Assembly: GCF_009834535.1 (NCBI RefSeq)
Contig: NC_045697.1
Coordinates: 70,620,001 to 70,684,000 of the forward strand
Direction: 5' to 3'
DNA length: 64,000 bases
Source of the DNA: Camelus ferus
Taxonomy: Eukaryota
Shown here piece by piece: positions 1 to 12,834 of the stretch. Under the pieces are notes generated by a model that worked only from the letters and a program-made list of their open reading frames with translations, made no database searches and had not been told where the DNA came from. The number at the start of each line of letters is the position of its first letter. The first letter of the stretch is position 1. Both the position numbers and the translations under genes were made by a program.

Positions 1-885
1 GGGTTTTGCTGTTTGTTTATTTTAGCATCTGCCTTCTTTTCTAACAATCGTAGTCCAGGTTAAAACAAGAGTGATGAGAGGAGAAAGCTGCCATCGGGAC
101 GTAAGGAGAGACACAGACGTTAAGGTTCCCATTTAGTCGGGTAGTCTCCTCCGCTTGCTTGTTCTCCTTAAGTTTATCAGGGGTTGAGAACAGCTATCCA
201 GTTCATTTGTTGGGTGGTTTACACTTCCACTCTCATGGGTAAGAGTTTGTTTTAGTTATGTCCTGCTGGGTGCACATTAGACCTTGGTGAGATCATTAGT
301 GCCTCCCAAAATGAAGATGCCATGAATCAGCAGGTCAGTACATGCAATGTTGACTTACTGAATGTAATGACTTTACCTAAACCTAAGATAATCTTTTATC
401 ATCACAGTTTCCTGTATATTCATCACATTCTTAATTTCCAGGGAAATTATGAATATTCTCTATTCAATCCTAGTGTACGCAGTGTGTTGTATAACACATG
501 CTCTTGCTAAAATGGAACACTTCTTAAAAAGCCATTTTTAACATTAAGGTAAAGTCCTATAATGGTGATAATTCATTTTTATGGAGATCTTTCTACCTGT
601 GCACTTTGGCTTATCTAAGACTAGTCCCATCAATTTACCTTGACCCCTGGTGGTAATCGCTGAGCACTAAGGTAAGAAATAAAAAATCCCCAAAGTGTAC
701 TCATTAAAACCAGACTCAACAGGAGGAAATTTTCAAAGTAGGTGGTAGTTATATAGGATTATAATGGGATTGCAGGTTCAGTAAAGTTGAAAAAGGCTGT
801 CTATGATTGACTCCTTTCCCGTATTGACAACATTCAGACATTCTGCAGATCTACTGCCACGAATGAAGGTATGTCTGTTACTCAC

Positions 886-939
886 TGGAATAAGAGGGGT
901 TGGCTGAAGACGCGCTTGCATTTTTTCCATTCTCAGAAC
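886..939 (-). CDS. EMCN: EMCN coding exon 7 (54 nt, juxtamembrane ectodomain)
   Basis: (TTTC)n TTTCACCAATAG|GTTCTGAG...TCTTATTCCA|GTGAGT. Translates (S)SENGKNASASSANPSYS, matching human GTEGGKNASTSATSRSYS. Confidence 0.9.
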
Positions 940-947
940 CTATTGGT

Positions 948-1031
948 GAAAGAAAAGAAAGAAATCGAGAAAGAAAGAAAGAAATCGAGAAAGAAATTGA
1001 GAAATCGAGAAAGAAATCGAGAAAGAAATCG

Positions 1032-1089
<58 letters not shown>

Positions 1090-1208
1090 GAAGGAAGGAA
1101 GGAAGGAAGGAAGGAAGGAAGAAAGAAAGAAAGAAAGGAAGGAAGAAAGGAAGGAAGGAAGAAAGAAAGGAAGGAAGAAAGAAAGGAAGAAAGAAAGGGA
1201 GAAAGAAG
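948..1208. repeat. Compound (GAAA)n/(GGAA)n microsatellite with GAAATCGA variant units
   Basis: Directly visible ~260-bp purine-rich tract. Five ATCG and one ATTG interruptions in 961-1032, then pure GAAA, GGAA and mixed blocks. Confidence 0.98.
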
Positions 1209-1612
1209 TAAACCTTTGGTTAATGAGTACCAATCCTTACAATCTTCCCCACACCTCTCCACTCCTCATTTATATGGGCGTCTGAGATCTATAGCTATGA
1301 AGCTTCAAAGTGAAAACATTTTGTCTGAAAGAGCTCTGTTTTGTGAATCAAGAATGGCAGGGAGTGAACATACACAATCTGATGTGTGTGGACACGTGCA
1401 TATACCCATGATACCAGCACCACAATCAAGGTAGTAGACATAGCTGTCACCCCCAAAAGTTTCCTCTTGTCCCCTCCCTTTTTTGTGGATGTGCAGTTTT
1501 TTTTGTATATCAATTATACTTCAATAAGCTGTTTTTTTTTAGACTGGTGGGATTTTCTTGGTGAGAAGGGTTAAGTGAAGCAAGTTTCCACTCATGCACA
1601 CAGAAGCCATAC

Positions 1613-1705
1613 TTTGAGACGGTGAGATGTTTTCTGGAATTACTGGTGTTGAGGTTAATGAACTGGTTTGGAGAGGTGATGATGCATCTGGTGGTGAGAC
1701 GTTAA
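1613..1705 (-). CDS. EMCN: EMCN coding exon 6 (93 nt, phase 1-1)
   Basis: ATTTTCTTACAG|TTAACGTC...CCGTCTCAAA|GTATGG. Translates (V)NVSPPDASSPLQTSSLTSTPVIPENISPSQ, matching human SVLQPDASPSKTGTLTSIPVTIPENTSQSQ. Confidence 0.92.
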
Positions 1706-3809
1706 CTGTAAGAAAATGATAAATATAGAGTCAGATTATAGTATTTACTCTTCTTACTGAGTTTTTTTGCAGATTCAAACAGCTTGCATTTCTGAAGATC
1801 TGTAAAAACTGTTTATTGTTGAATAATGAGGTATATATTATTATACACTAAATCGTGAGTTCATCTATCTCCTCCTGTAGAGATGATTAAATTTGGAATC
1901 ACAAAACTTTGGTATTAGTATTATAGCTTCAAGAACTGGCCAGAAAACTTGAGTAAGTTTCTCATTTACTACTCTAGCAAAAGCCTGTATCACCTACCGC
2001 ACAAGACTCTTTACAGGATGCAAATCTGTGCAAAATCATTATTTACATTTTAGCTATTACAACTTTGGGTGATAGTGATTTTTAATCATACATATTTAAA
2101 TGGACATAAATGCACTGGACTTTATATTTTATATTGTTTCTTAGTGGTTAAAGAGAAAGATTACAAATGAGGCTTTGTTTGGAAGAATTAGGAGGAAAAT
2201 CAAAGAAGGTCCATTTATTTTCATCTTTGATGGTCAGCAGTGATTTGTACTTGTGTGCCTTCTCTAGAGTAACAGCTGCTTGGCTGCATTTTCACCACTG
2301 TCCATGCTCTTTTTTTGCACGGAAAATGTTAATTTTAAATGTATTATTATTGTTTGTGTGCTTCAGTCAACATTTGCCATCTTCAAGCAGGACTAAAAGA
2401 AAAAAATAAATAAAAATTTATTATTCTAAATTCATAAATCTCAACACATTTCAAAGAAATATAAATAATTACATATTTTCTAAGTGTACAGCATTTATTC
2501 TTGTGAACCTGGGATCAAATGTAGTTTGTATTTAGAAAAATTTTTGGAAAACCATTCTCTTTTTCTTGAAGTATGAAGTAATATCTTTTCATCACGCTTG
2601 TTTGCCTTGTCTCATCACTGAATTGCAGGTTCTTGGAGTGTGAGGGCTGTAACTCCCACCACCTACCACATGAAGCTCTGACCACCGTGGGTGTGCAGTA
2701 AAATGTAGCCGACTGCTTGGCTGAACAAAGAGCTATCTCTTATAAACACAGCCCCCTTAGGAGTATTAAGGCCATGCATAATTGCATGGAAGAAATTGAT
2801 ACTGCTTCTGGCTGCCTTAGATCTTTCCTTCCTTGCCACCCACAGCCCAGCGCGCACTGCATGCTTATGCATTTTTGACATCTGTGGGGGAAGAATACTG
2901 TTAAGAGACTGTACCGTTCTTGCCATGCAAGAGATCTGTGGGAGGAAGCTAGATATATGCCCATAAGAACAAAGAAAAATGTCAGGCTAGTGCACGAAGC
3001 AGGCAGAAAAAGGAAACTTAAATACAAGAGTGGGAACTAACTGAAACCTTGGTCCTTAGCTGCTGATTCCAGTGTCAAATGTTCTAGTGAGGATGAATGT
3101 TCTTTTGGTTGTGTCGGTAGAGTATGAGACGGCTGATTAAATAACCAATGGCATTAATCCCCCTGGGCTTTCCCAAGGGTTCGTCCTCAAGGCTCCACAC
3201 TGCACCTTATAACCTTCTTGTAGGCTAGGCGGCAGCTACAGTTCTGAGTATCATCTATCTGGTTCAGATGAATCTCCAAGTTTTCCTCCTTAAAACGTGT
3301 TGACTGTCGTGTGCCAACTGTTATTGCTCAGGATCCAGAGGCAGGCAGTAGAATTAACCCTCCTTAACAAAGGACTTACTGGCTCCTTGAAACAGAGTTA
3401 ATTTTTTGTTTCTTTTAACCTCAGCCTCCAGTTAATAAATCATTTCAGAATTCAGTACACACACACCCACACATGCACACAATTCACTTCTATTACATTT
3501 AATGCCTTCTGGTGTTCTCTTTCCTATCCTCTTTAATTTTTTAAAAATACTGTTTATGATCCACTAATGGGAATTAACTTACAGTTTGAGAAACCCTGTC
3601 CATTAGCATGATCATATTGATGAAATTACAGGTCTTGGCTGAATTCATAAATTGTGAGCTTAATGTGATTCTTTCTGTGGCTAAGATAGAGGATCCATGC
3701 CACGATCTGTGGATTTCACTGAGACTCTACTGTCCTACATTATTACTAAAGCATCCTTGGCAGAAAAGGTACAGGAGAGGAACAGTGGATGGTCAAGTGC
3801 ATGATTCGG

Positions 3810-3990
3810 AAGACTGAGTACCTGGACTCTAGCATTTATTTGCTGTGACATCTTGGGCAAGTCACTTATGCAATTTGTGTCTGAGTTCCCATATCTACAA
3901 ATAGTGATTACAATTATTCCACGTCACAGTGTTGTAGTGAAAATTAAATGAGTAAAAATAAATTTGAATTGCTTAGAACAGTTCTTGATA
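3810..3990 (+). mobile_element. MIR SINE
   Basis: GCTGTGACATCTTGGGCAAGTCACTT...TCTGAGTTCCCATATCTACAAAT...ATTAAATGAG...GCTTAGAACAG core. Confidence 0.8.
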
Positions 3991-4543
3991 CTATATGTTT
4001 GTATTATACGATTATAAAATTATAATATGTTATGTTATATTAATATACTATATTACTTTATAATAACATCCTAAGATTGTATTGTGATTAGGCACCTAGA
4101 AAGTTGTACCTTTCAACTAAAGTCAACTTATCCTCTGTCCTCAAATATTCTAAATGTAAAGATAAATGAGCAGACATTTCAGCCACGTACATGTTTTCAG
4201 ATGCTTCTTTGCTCTGGTCAGGAACAGGAGAAACTGGAGTATATGGTGCTCTTAGACGACATAGATTTGCTCTTGGACCCTGACTTTTAGTGACTGTAAT
4301 GACTACTGAATTGCAGATAGGTCATCTTATGGTTTAAGTTTAGTTTGCTAACTTCAGGCTGGAACTTGGAGCAAGCTATTTAAGGCAGAGACCCTCAAAA
4401 CAAAGTCTGTTGTCATAAAGTGTGTCCAAATTTACCCCATTAGCATCTACAGTGGTACATAGTTGGCCTGTGGTGTAAACCAATTACTAGGTAAATCATT
4501 TGCACTTTTAAAGACAGAAGACCTACTGATGTCCTAGAACACC

Positions 4544-4730
4544 TGTGGTGGCTTTGAGAATGTGCCTCACAGAATGCAAACTACAGACAGTGTAATCCAC
4601 CAAGGTTCCCCACCTGCTCTCTGAATTCCATCGCTGTTTGCCCTGATGCCACGCCTCCTGTAGGATGCTCTCAGCCAATGGTTGAGTCTGGCAAGGATAT
4701 GAAAGCAGACCTGCTCCTGGGAGCCATGAT
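4544..4730 (+). mobile_element. LTR16-type (ERVL) LTR fragment
   Basis: TGTGGTGGC...CTCTGAATTCCATCGCTG...GCCACGCCTCC...GCTCTCAGCCAATGGTTGAG...CTCCTGGGAG matches the recalled LTR16 consensus. Confidence 0.65.
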
Positions 4731-5067
4731 CTCCTCCTAGGAGGAACTTGGGCTGGAGGAGTCCCTGATAGCCTTCATGTACCTTCCATAGAGGAAGGCA
4801 TATAGTACACAGGTATTAATGGGAGATGAGTGTGAGAGGCAGTAGAGGATAAAACGTTCTAGTGTAAGAAGGAAAATAAAACCATGTCCTATTTTTAGTT
4901 CCCTTACCTTTCCTACGCTTCTTTTTGATATGGGCACATTTAGTATGTGTCTGAGGGGCTAAATTCAATTGAATTGAATGATTATCAATTGTTTCATTAT
5001 TTATAAATAATTGGAACTGGTCTCTAATTGCAATTTGATGGACTCATGTTTCATTAAAAAAAAACTT

Positions 5068-6235
5068 TTCAGCATTTGACATAATAATTCATTCACTCCT
5101 CCTTAACACATCTTCTTCATGTGGCTTCCAGTAGAGCACACGCCACTGGATTTTCTCCAGCCTTACGGATAATTCTTCTCAGTCTCCATGGCTGGTTTCA
5201 CCTCTTTTTTCTGACTCACAATCTAGGATGGTCCCAGGACATAGTCCTTGCCTCATCTCTAACTACACTAATTTCATTGGTGAGTTCAATCAATTTCAAG
5301 GTTTAAATATAAATGTCCATGCCAAGAATCCCCCCAAAGTACTTCCATCCCAGACCTCTTTTCTAAACTCCAGATTCATAATAAGGCAAATAATAAAAAT
5401 CTGAAGCTGAACATGTCCAAAACTGAACTTCTGCTCTTTCTGCAGCCTTCCTGTCCTAGTTGATGGTAGGTCTCCCTTCCACTTCTTCAGCCAAAGACCG
5501 CAGAGTTATTTTTGATTTCATCGCTTTCTATCCTGTTCCACATGCAACCATCAAGAATATCTGTAGGCACCACTTCCAAAATGTGTTCCAAGTTTGGAGA
5601 TTTCATGCCACTGACCCTATGGCCACCCTGGTCCAAGCTACCATCATCTCTCTCCTAGAAAATCTACAAAAGAGAACCTTGCTTCATTTGACAGTCTCTC
5701 CTCAGCTCTCAGAGCAAAACTTACAGAACATGAGTCAGATCACGTCACCCCTCTGTTCAAAACCCCCAGTGCTTCTCCCCTGCACTTACAGAAGAAGTCA
5801 GAGTCCCTGTAACAGCCCACCAAACCCCAGGCAATCTGCCTGGAGAGCCCCCTGCCTTTCTCCCTGCCCACCTACTCTTAAACACATCAGGCCTCTCCTC
5901 AAGTCCTAGCTTCATTTCGATGCTCTTCCGCATGTATTGGGTGGCTCACCTCCTCTTTGTATTTGCTCAAACCCTTTTTTGTAAGACTTACCTTGACCAC
6001 TTTTTTCAGTGCCACAAAGTGGTCCCCACTTCTCCAGCCCTCATACTCCCTCCACACTGCTCCACATCTTCTTTTTCTCATAGCACCTTCTACTTTACTT
6101 TATAATTTAATCAATTCATATGTTTATTGATGATAGTTTGTCTGCACTCCTAGAATATAAGATCCTTGAGAGCAAGGATCTTTATTTTGCTCACTGATAC
6201 TTCCCAAATGCTAGAGCAGTGTGTGGAATGAATGG
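5068..6235 (+). mobile_element. L2 LINE 3' region
   Basis: L2 motifs CAGCATTTGACA, AACATGTCCAAAACTGAACT, CCCTGGTCCAAGCTACCATCATCTCT and the 3' end TAGAATATAAGATCCTTGAGAGCAAGGA...GAATGAATG. Confidence 0.85.
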
Positions 6236-7869
6236 CCAAACAAAACATTTTGGTGGCAGAAATGACTCCAGTTAAAGAGGAAGTTAATTAATGAAATCTC
6301 CTTTCTTATGTTAATATTAGGGCTGGTACTTATTTAAAATCATTATCATTTCATTTTTGTCATTCATTCCTCAATAATAGGAAAAAAAAATAGACACCCA
6401 CTCTGGGTCCAACAATAGATGCTGAAGGAAATACAACAGAGTATGTGGCATAGTGATTGCCTTTAAGGAGCTTGAGTAGCAGAGGTGAGCTGCACAGTTG
6501 ACAGATGTGAAAGAAGAGATAATAAGACACAACAGTACGTCAGGGATCAACATAAGAGATACCATGTTATTGCTTATTGGATTTTACTTATAAATTAATT
6601 CTTAACAAAAAGGATTTGAGGAGCTTAAGCAATGGTCTACGCCATAAAATGAATAGGAAATCAGGACAAAGGCAAATGGAAGAAACAAATATGCTCCTTC
6701 TAAGAGTTCATACCAAGCATTCATACAGTTGCTGGTTTGGCCATGAGAGCTGACTCTGAGCATCCCGACTCCCAGGGAAAGGGAGCACGGCGTACTCTAG
6801 GCTTTCATTATCAGAGAGCAAAACGGTCTGTTAGGTAATTACGTGGCACACACGCAGTACGGTCAACAAATGCTAGGAGTATGGCTGGTCCCATTCTGTG
6901 TTTTGGGAGGGGAATATATGGCTATGATCCCCTGAGGTCTCTTCTAGCTTTAAGATTTTAGATTCTGGTCAGGGTTCCTTTCAGTCTAGATTTTGTCATA
7001 GCCAGTATATATTTCCACCCTTCACGGGACACCCCGTCTACTTAATGAGCAAAATGTCTAAAGGGAATATTCCTGCCTTCACATGATAAAAACTAATTTC
7101 TGCTCTCATCAGACCTGACCTTCTGACCTAGTTGTACTCTCAAGGTTACATGAAAAAAATTTTTATCTCAAATTTCTTTGACTTTGCTTTGGGCCATCAT
7201 GTGACTCACCTGAGGTAACAGCACCTTCTCATCCAGTAACAACGATGACTAGAGATTTCTTTACTTTAGGGAACTCTGTAGAAGTGTATGTTGAAGAAGG
7301 GGGATATATTTTTCTTTTGTGATTTAATATAAATAGTTATTAATTTCCAGAAAATTATATACAATATAAAAGAATGAATGGGGCATCGTGCTAATTACTT
7401 CCATATGTGCTAACTCATCTTATTCTCGAATATTTTTATCCTGTGCTTTAAAGATGAGAGATACCGTGGCTCAGAGAAATAAAGTAACATGTCTGACAAT
7501 ACGTGGAAGAGCTAAGACATAAGCCAAGTATGACTCAAAATCCTTTCCGTTTCCTTTCCATTACATCATGCAGCCAACAGATTTTAAGTGAGTTGAGTTC
7601 ATCTTACTTGTGAATGGCCTCATTATCAATGAGATCAATAATTTTTTTCTCAGCATTCTGTAAGTTTTAGAATGTTCTCACCTGTCTCCCAAAATAGGTA
7701 CACATCTTACATTAAATTCACAATTTGGATACTATGACCTGAAAACACTGAAAAGTTTTCAGTATGTAACTGAGCTCGTGCCATATGCTTTCTGAGAAGG
7801 TGAATGTGAGTGATCTAAAATGTGGACATGAAAGTATGAAGAAGGATTTTATTTTCAAGCCCTTTTGGG

Positions 7870-7995
7870 ACACTGTATGCCAGGCATTGTTCTAAGTGTT
7901 TTATACTCACTATTGTATTAATAATGTTTGCATTTGCATTTCATAAAGTAGAAACTGAAGCTCAGAGAGTTTAAATAATTTGCCCAGGGTCACCC
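7870..7995 (-). mobile_element. MIR SINE
   Basis: TGCCAGGCATTGTTCTAAGTG...GAAACTGAAGCTCAGAGAGTTTAAATAATTTGCCCAGGGTCAC. Confidence 0.75.
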
Positions 7996-10370
7996 ACCCA
8001 ATGTATACTACAACCACAGGTGAAGGGAAAAACCCCTCTCCCTCTTCTGATCTTAACATAAGTTTATCTGAGGCTGGTCTATGACACATCACTTCATACA
8101 TGACTACTAGAGTTATTATAGTTACTTCTAATATTGGCTATTCTGCTTTAGTAACCCTTAATGGCTGGCTCCATGAATCACTCATAACTCTTAGCTAGAG
8201 TTACATGTGATGGAACAGAATGAATATGTGTTGAATGCCTCCATTAGTCGGTGGTTGGCTGAATATACCATTCTGTATATTTAGCAGAGGATTATACTGA
8301 ATTTGGAGTCTCACCAGGTATGTGACAGTGGGCAGTCGAAGTTTGACTTTCCCACATCCTTTAGATGTTGAGCATGAATTCCTCATGCTTAGCATTGTTA
8401 AAAACACAGCTGTCCACTCATACTACCTTTGCTCTGTTGAATAGAACAAATGGATATGTCTTCAGACCTTGATTGATCATTTCCACTATGACCAGGACTA
8501 TCTTTCTTACATTTCATATGATATAAAGTTAAATGTTATATCTATGTATAATTGCTTATAATTTACCTTTATATACAGTTGCCTTACTTATTCTGAATTC
8601 CCAAAAAACATCCTACATAAAGCAATCACCAATTTCTAGATCCTTGATAATAACTTTTCAAGAGAGTGATAAAAACGTAATTTTTCAAGCAAATTAAAGC
8701 CAGATGCATAGTATGAAAGAAAATATCAAATGTGAGAACTATGTATGTTCTAGTCAAATACTAAATATCTATTAGCTCATATTTATTAGAAGGAAGCAGT
8801 ACTAATAATTCTGCAGGCTAGAATTCTACTTCAACTTTACCTAAAAGAGAAATACTAATTATTTTAAGGAAGATGCCTATCCTTGATCATATGGGTGAAT
8901 ATTTGTTAGTTAGTTAGTTAGTTTGTTTGTTTAGTGAATCTGGACTTAGTCTTTGGCCACAACACATATCTGAAGTTTGAGACTGGCCTTTCTTGTGGCT
9001 AACAGAACCAGCCTCACTTCTTTCTGGTTGGCTAGTCAAATCAATAGTTTGTCTACTATTTGTTTTAGGAGAATTAGTTTCTATAACTCAAAATTAAAGT
9101 AGTCTAACTGGGCTTCTCATTACATTTAAAAAATCAATTATAGTTAAACCTGGCATTTTGTAAATACAACTCTTTTAAACCAAATAAAATATGCTTTAGT
9201 CTCTCCTTAAAAGGAGCCAACAATTTGGCAGCTTCCCAATTCTCTTCCATCTGTAGCTTCTCCTCGATAACCGGTCCATGAAGCAGAGGGAAAGGACTTC
9301 TCTGGAACAGCGCAAAGCAGCAGCCAATGCCAAGCTGCCCTCGTTGCCTGGATTTACTATTTTTATGTTTTGTTTTGCTTTGTTTTTCCCAATGCTTTTT
9401 CTAGTGCGTTTCTAGACTATGTAGATGGAAGTAAGAATAACAAGTATGGTGATAAGTATGGAGTTAACAATATAAAAATAACTTCTTTATTCACTTCATA
9501 TATTATGTAGAAGATAAATCATTAAAAGTTAAAAGCATAATAATTTCAGTTTCTAATTCCTTAAACATAAAAGGTAGAAGGTAGACTATGACAATTATTT
9601 AGAATGTTTGCTGTGAAAATGTTATTAGAGTCACTCATAATTTTCATAGCTTTATTTTTCCAATTTCTTTAAAGTTACATGAACTTCTAGGTTTATTTCA
9701 CATATTTCTCGTTTTATATATACCAAAGGTGATCACGATTGAGAACCTAAGAGATTTGTTATTTACATAAGCATGAGGAAGGATGTAGGAAGATAAAAAG
9801 CCCCCAATATTTATAATTCCAAAACAACAGGAAGATTCAACATTACCATCTTCCTCTGCCCAATAATCTTTTTCAATTTCTGTCGTTCCATCATCCAAAA
9901 TTCATTCAGTTTAAAGCTAAGAATGGGAAAGCATAGGCACTTCTCAGAGTGATAACACTTTAGGCTTAACATTATAAACTGTGGTTTATAACATCATCTC
10001 TTTGGAGGCCAGGACCGGGCTGTGTTAAGACAGCAGAGAAGGCACAAATGCACACGCTCTACTGCTGGGAGAGGGCACGCTGACCACGCAAATAGACCAG
10101 GAACAGAAGGTTCTGGGCAGAGGAAAATTCCACAGATTTTACGCTTTTACCAGAGCTGGTTCCACTCACCCCAACCCCAGAGCACTCAGGCACATCGTTG
10201 TATGTTCCCCTGGTCTGCATTTTTTAACACACGATCTCCTAAATATTTTAGTTGCCGTGTAATGTTTTCCCTCGTACTGTTTCACCCTGCCCTCAAACTG
10301 ATTGATCTATTTTGTCTCATTCTTGGGATTTTAGCCAGGAATATTTTCAGAGAAAAGAAAATGAACTTAC

Positions 10371-10409
10371 CTGATGTTTCTGTTGCTGTAATTGAACTCG
10401 GAGTCCCAG
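10371..10409 (-). CDS. EMCN: EMCN coding exon 5 (39 nt, phase 1-1)
   Basis: TTTTCTTTCCTCTAAAG|CTGGGACT...GAAACATCAG|GTAAGT. Translates (T)GTPSSITATETS(V), same length as and similar to human TETQSSIKTTEIPG. Confidence 0.9.
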
Positions 10410-10575
10410 CTTTAGAGGAAAGAAAAGAAAAATTGCTAAAATTAAATGTTGCATATCAGATCTCCTCTCACAATTGTTTCAGGTGGCAAATGGATATAGA
10501 TCTTAGCTTGCTTCTGATTTTCTTTTCCTCAACTCATAAAATCATAAGGCTTGCTGATTAGAAGAAACTTCAGAG

Positions 10576-10791
10576 CAGGGGTCAGCCAACTGTTTCTTAA
10601 AGGGCCAAATAGTATTTTAATCTTTGGGAGCCATAAGCCTCTGTAGCAACGACTCAACCTTGCCATTGTGGTGTGAATGCAGTCATACATAATACCTAAA
10701 GAATAGATACGGCTATGTTCTGGTTAAACTTTACTTAGAAAAATAGGTGGGGGCTAGATTCAGCCTGTGAGCCACAGTTTGCTGAATCCTG
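10576..10791. mobile_element. MER58A-type hAT-Charlie MITE
   Basis: Termini CAGGGGTCAGCCAAC and GTTTGCTGAATCCTG; internal AAAGGGCCAAATAGTA and ACTCAACCTTGCCATTGTGG; about 216 bp. Confidence 0.8.
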
Positions 10792-11154
10792 CTTTACCCA
10801 ACATCTTGAATGCTCCAAGGTAACCCAGACAATGACAGAACTATTGGTAGGTACTTTGTGAACAACACTACGGTGTGTCTTACTCCTCCTAAAAGATACG
10901 ATGTACCTCCTGATCAGAAGAATATTCAGAAAGGTTCAGATACCTTTGACACTTAAGGAATTCCTTTAAATTTAATCTAGTCCAGAAGAGCTTTCTACAA
11001 GTAAAATCACTTGAGAGAATTATAATCAAAATCACTTCAACCACTTTGAGTGCTTACACCATGAACCAAGACTTGCCACATGAAAAAATATAGAAAAAAA
11101 TGGAAACAGATAGAAGCCCAATGATGATGGTTTTAAACTTCCATTTGCTTCCTC

Positions 11155-11920
11155 TGTATCTTCACTTGACTGCCTTAGCAGCATCTCAGATTTGGCATGT
11201 CCGAAACAGAACTCCTGACTGGTACCTCAAAACCACCTCCTCCCTCACCTTGGATACAAGCGTGGTACCAGCGTCTCCCAGGTGCACAAGCCAAAAGGTA
11301 GTGGCCTTTCCTGATTCTCTTCTTTTTCTCACTCCTATTAGCTCTAGCTACAAAATATATCCCAAATCTGTCTCACTATTTCATCAACTACCGTTCACCT
11401 AGCACCTGTGTCTCTTCCCTCGGTACCTACAACAGTCACCTAGAAAAACCTTTTAACACGTAAACTCAGCTGCTCCAGTGGTTGCTGATTCTTGTCACCA
11501 CAGCTGGCACATCTTCACAGGACATGGCCTCCGCCTTGCTCCTCCAATACCTCCAGCCATTTCGCCCTGCTTGGCCTTTCTGTGGTAGATGAACGTCCCG
11601 GGGCTCCTCCTGCCCCCGGTTTCTCTGCTGGCTCTTCCCGGGCCTCAGTGCTGTACTGTCAGGCCCCTCCCGCCTTTTGTGAGCAGCCCTCAGAGAAGCC
11701 TTCTCCAACCGCCTCATCTGAAGTTGGCCCTCATCTCCCTCCACACTAGTAGACCACTCTGCTTCATTCGCTCAACAGTACTTTTATCACTCCAGTGGCA
11801 TTTCTTTTTTTAAAACATGTGTTGCCAGAATGTAACCCCAGGAGGACAGAGATTTCGTGTTTTACTCAGCTGCACTTGCAGTGCCTCACGTCAGGTCGCT
11901 AGTGAAACACAGGGAATGAA
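11155..11920 (+). mobile_element. L2 LINE fragment
   Basis: CATCTCAGATTTGGCATGTCCGAAACAGAACTCCTG through the 3' end CCAGAATGTAACCCCAGGAGGACAGAGA...GAATGAA. Confidence 0.7.
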
Positions 11921-12796
11921 AGAATACCAATAGAAAGTAACAATAATAGAAATAAAACTAATTCTACGTATTCAAATTCAGTTTTTAAGGGACAATGAAT
12001 GCCTTAGTTAAAATTACTAGCTGGATAATAATAGCTACCATTTTTAAAGCAATTCTTATGATCAGTTTAACTGCTGATGTCTACAAGAAAGATGGTATTA
12101 TTTCCATTTTGCAGGTTGGCAAATATTAGCCGAAAGAAGCAAAGCTACTTTTTCAATAGGAGGGCCATGATTGTAATTCAGGTCTGTTGGTTCTAAGGTA
12201 TGTCCTCTTTTACTGAAATAGACAGATTTCCCTTCCAATAAACTATCTGAGTGGAAGGCGTTTGTAATTAATTCCTTAATTCCTACTTTTGATAACTAGT
12301 TAAAATGCTTGTGAACATGGCATAATGCTATATTTGGAAGATGAAGTTAAAATATTTATCAGTGGTCAGAGGATTAGAATACAAATGAGATCAAAACTCG
12401 TTGTTTCTCTGCTTTTAATATCGGGTCATAAACTTTCTTGCTGATAGACTTTATTGAGAAAGAAAAAAAATTAAACTCATATTGGATGAAACCTTCTGAC
12501 AATCCTTTTTTGCATTTTTTTCATCCTTCAAAAATGCATAATTAATTTAGAAGGACATTGCATAAAAGAAAAATAATTATGCCTTAAAGACATAGCTGAA
12601 TATTAAAAAAGTAACTTATACTGATACAGGACTCTTATATTGAGACTTAAAGAGGTCCAGGCTTTTACATTTGAATAAATATATTGTTATTTGGAGGACA
12701 AAATTCTGCAAATCTTTAATCAATATTGGAATATATATATATATTATATATATATATTATATGTAATTTTTTCTAAAACCCAGGATATATTTTTTT

Positions 12797-12834
12797 AAGA
12801 TAATAAAGTGTTTTTGAAGATAATAAAGTGTTTT
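12797..12834. repeat. 20-bp-period tandem duplication
   Basis: AAGATAATAAAGTGTTTT occurs twice, at 12797 and 12817. Confidence 0.9.

Noticed and set aside
871..1434. Long K/E/R-rich and F/L/S-rich ORFs (871-1434, 900-1211, 933-1262, 940-1233)
   Set aside because: They are translations of the GAAA/GGAA microsatellite, which has no stop codons. The real coding sequence here is EMCN exon 7 on the minus strand.
6140..6480. Tail-to-tail L2 pair as a miR-28/151-like hairpin
   Set aside because: The two L2 ends are separated by more than 100 bp, and I see no extended complementarity.
10022..10561. 179-aa plus-strand ORF
   Set aside because: Non-ATG start, no recognisable domain, and it merely overlaps EMCN exon 5 in antisense.
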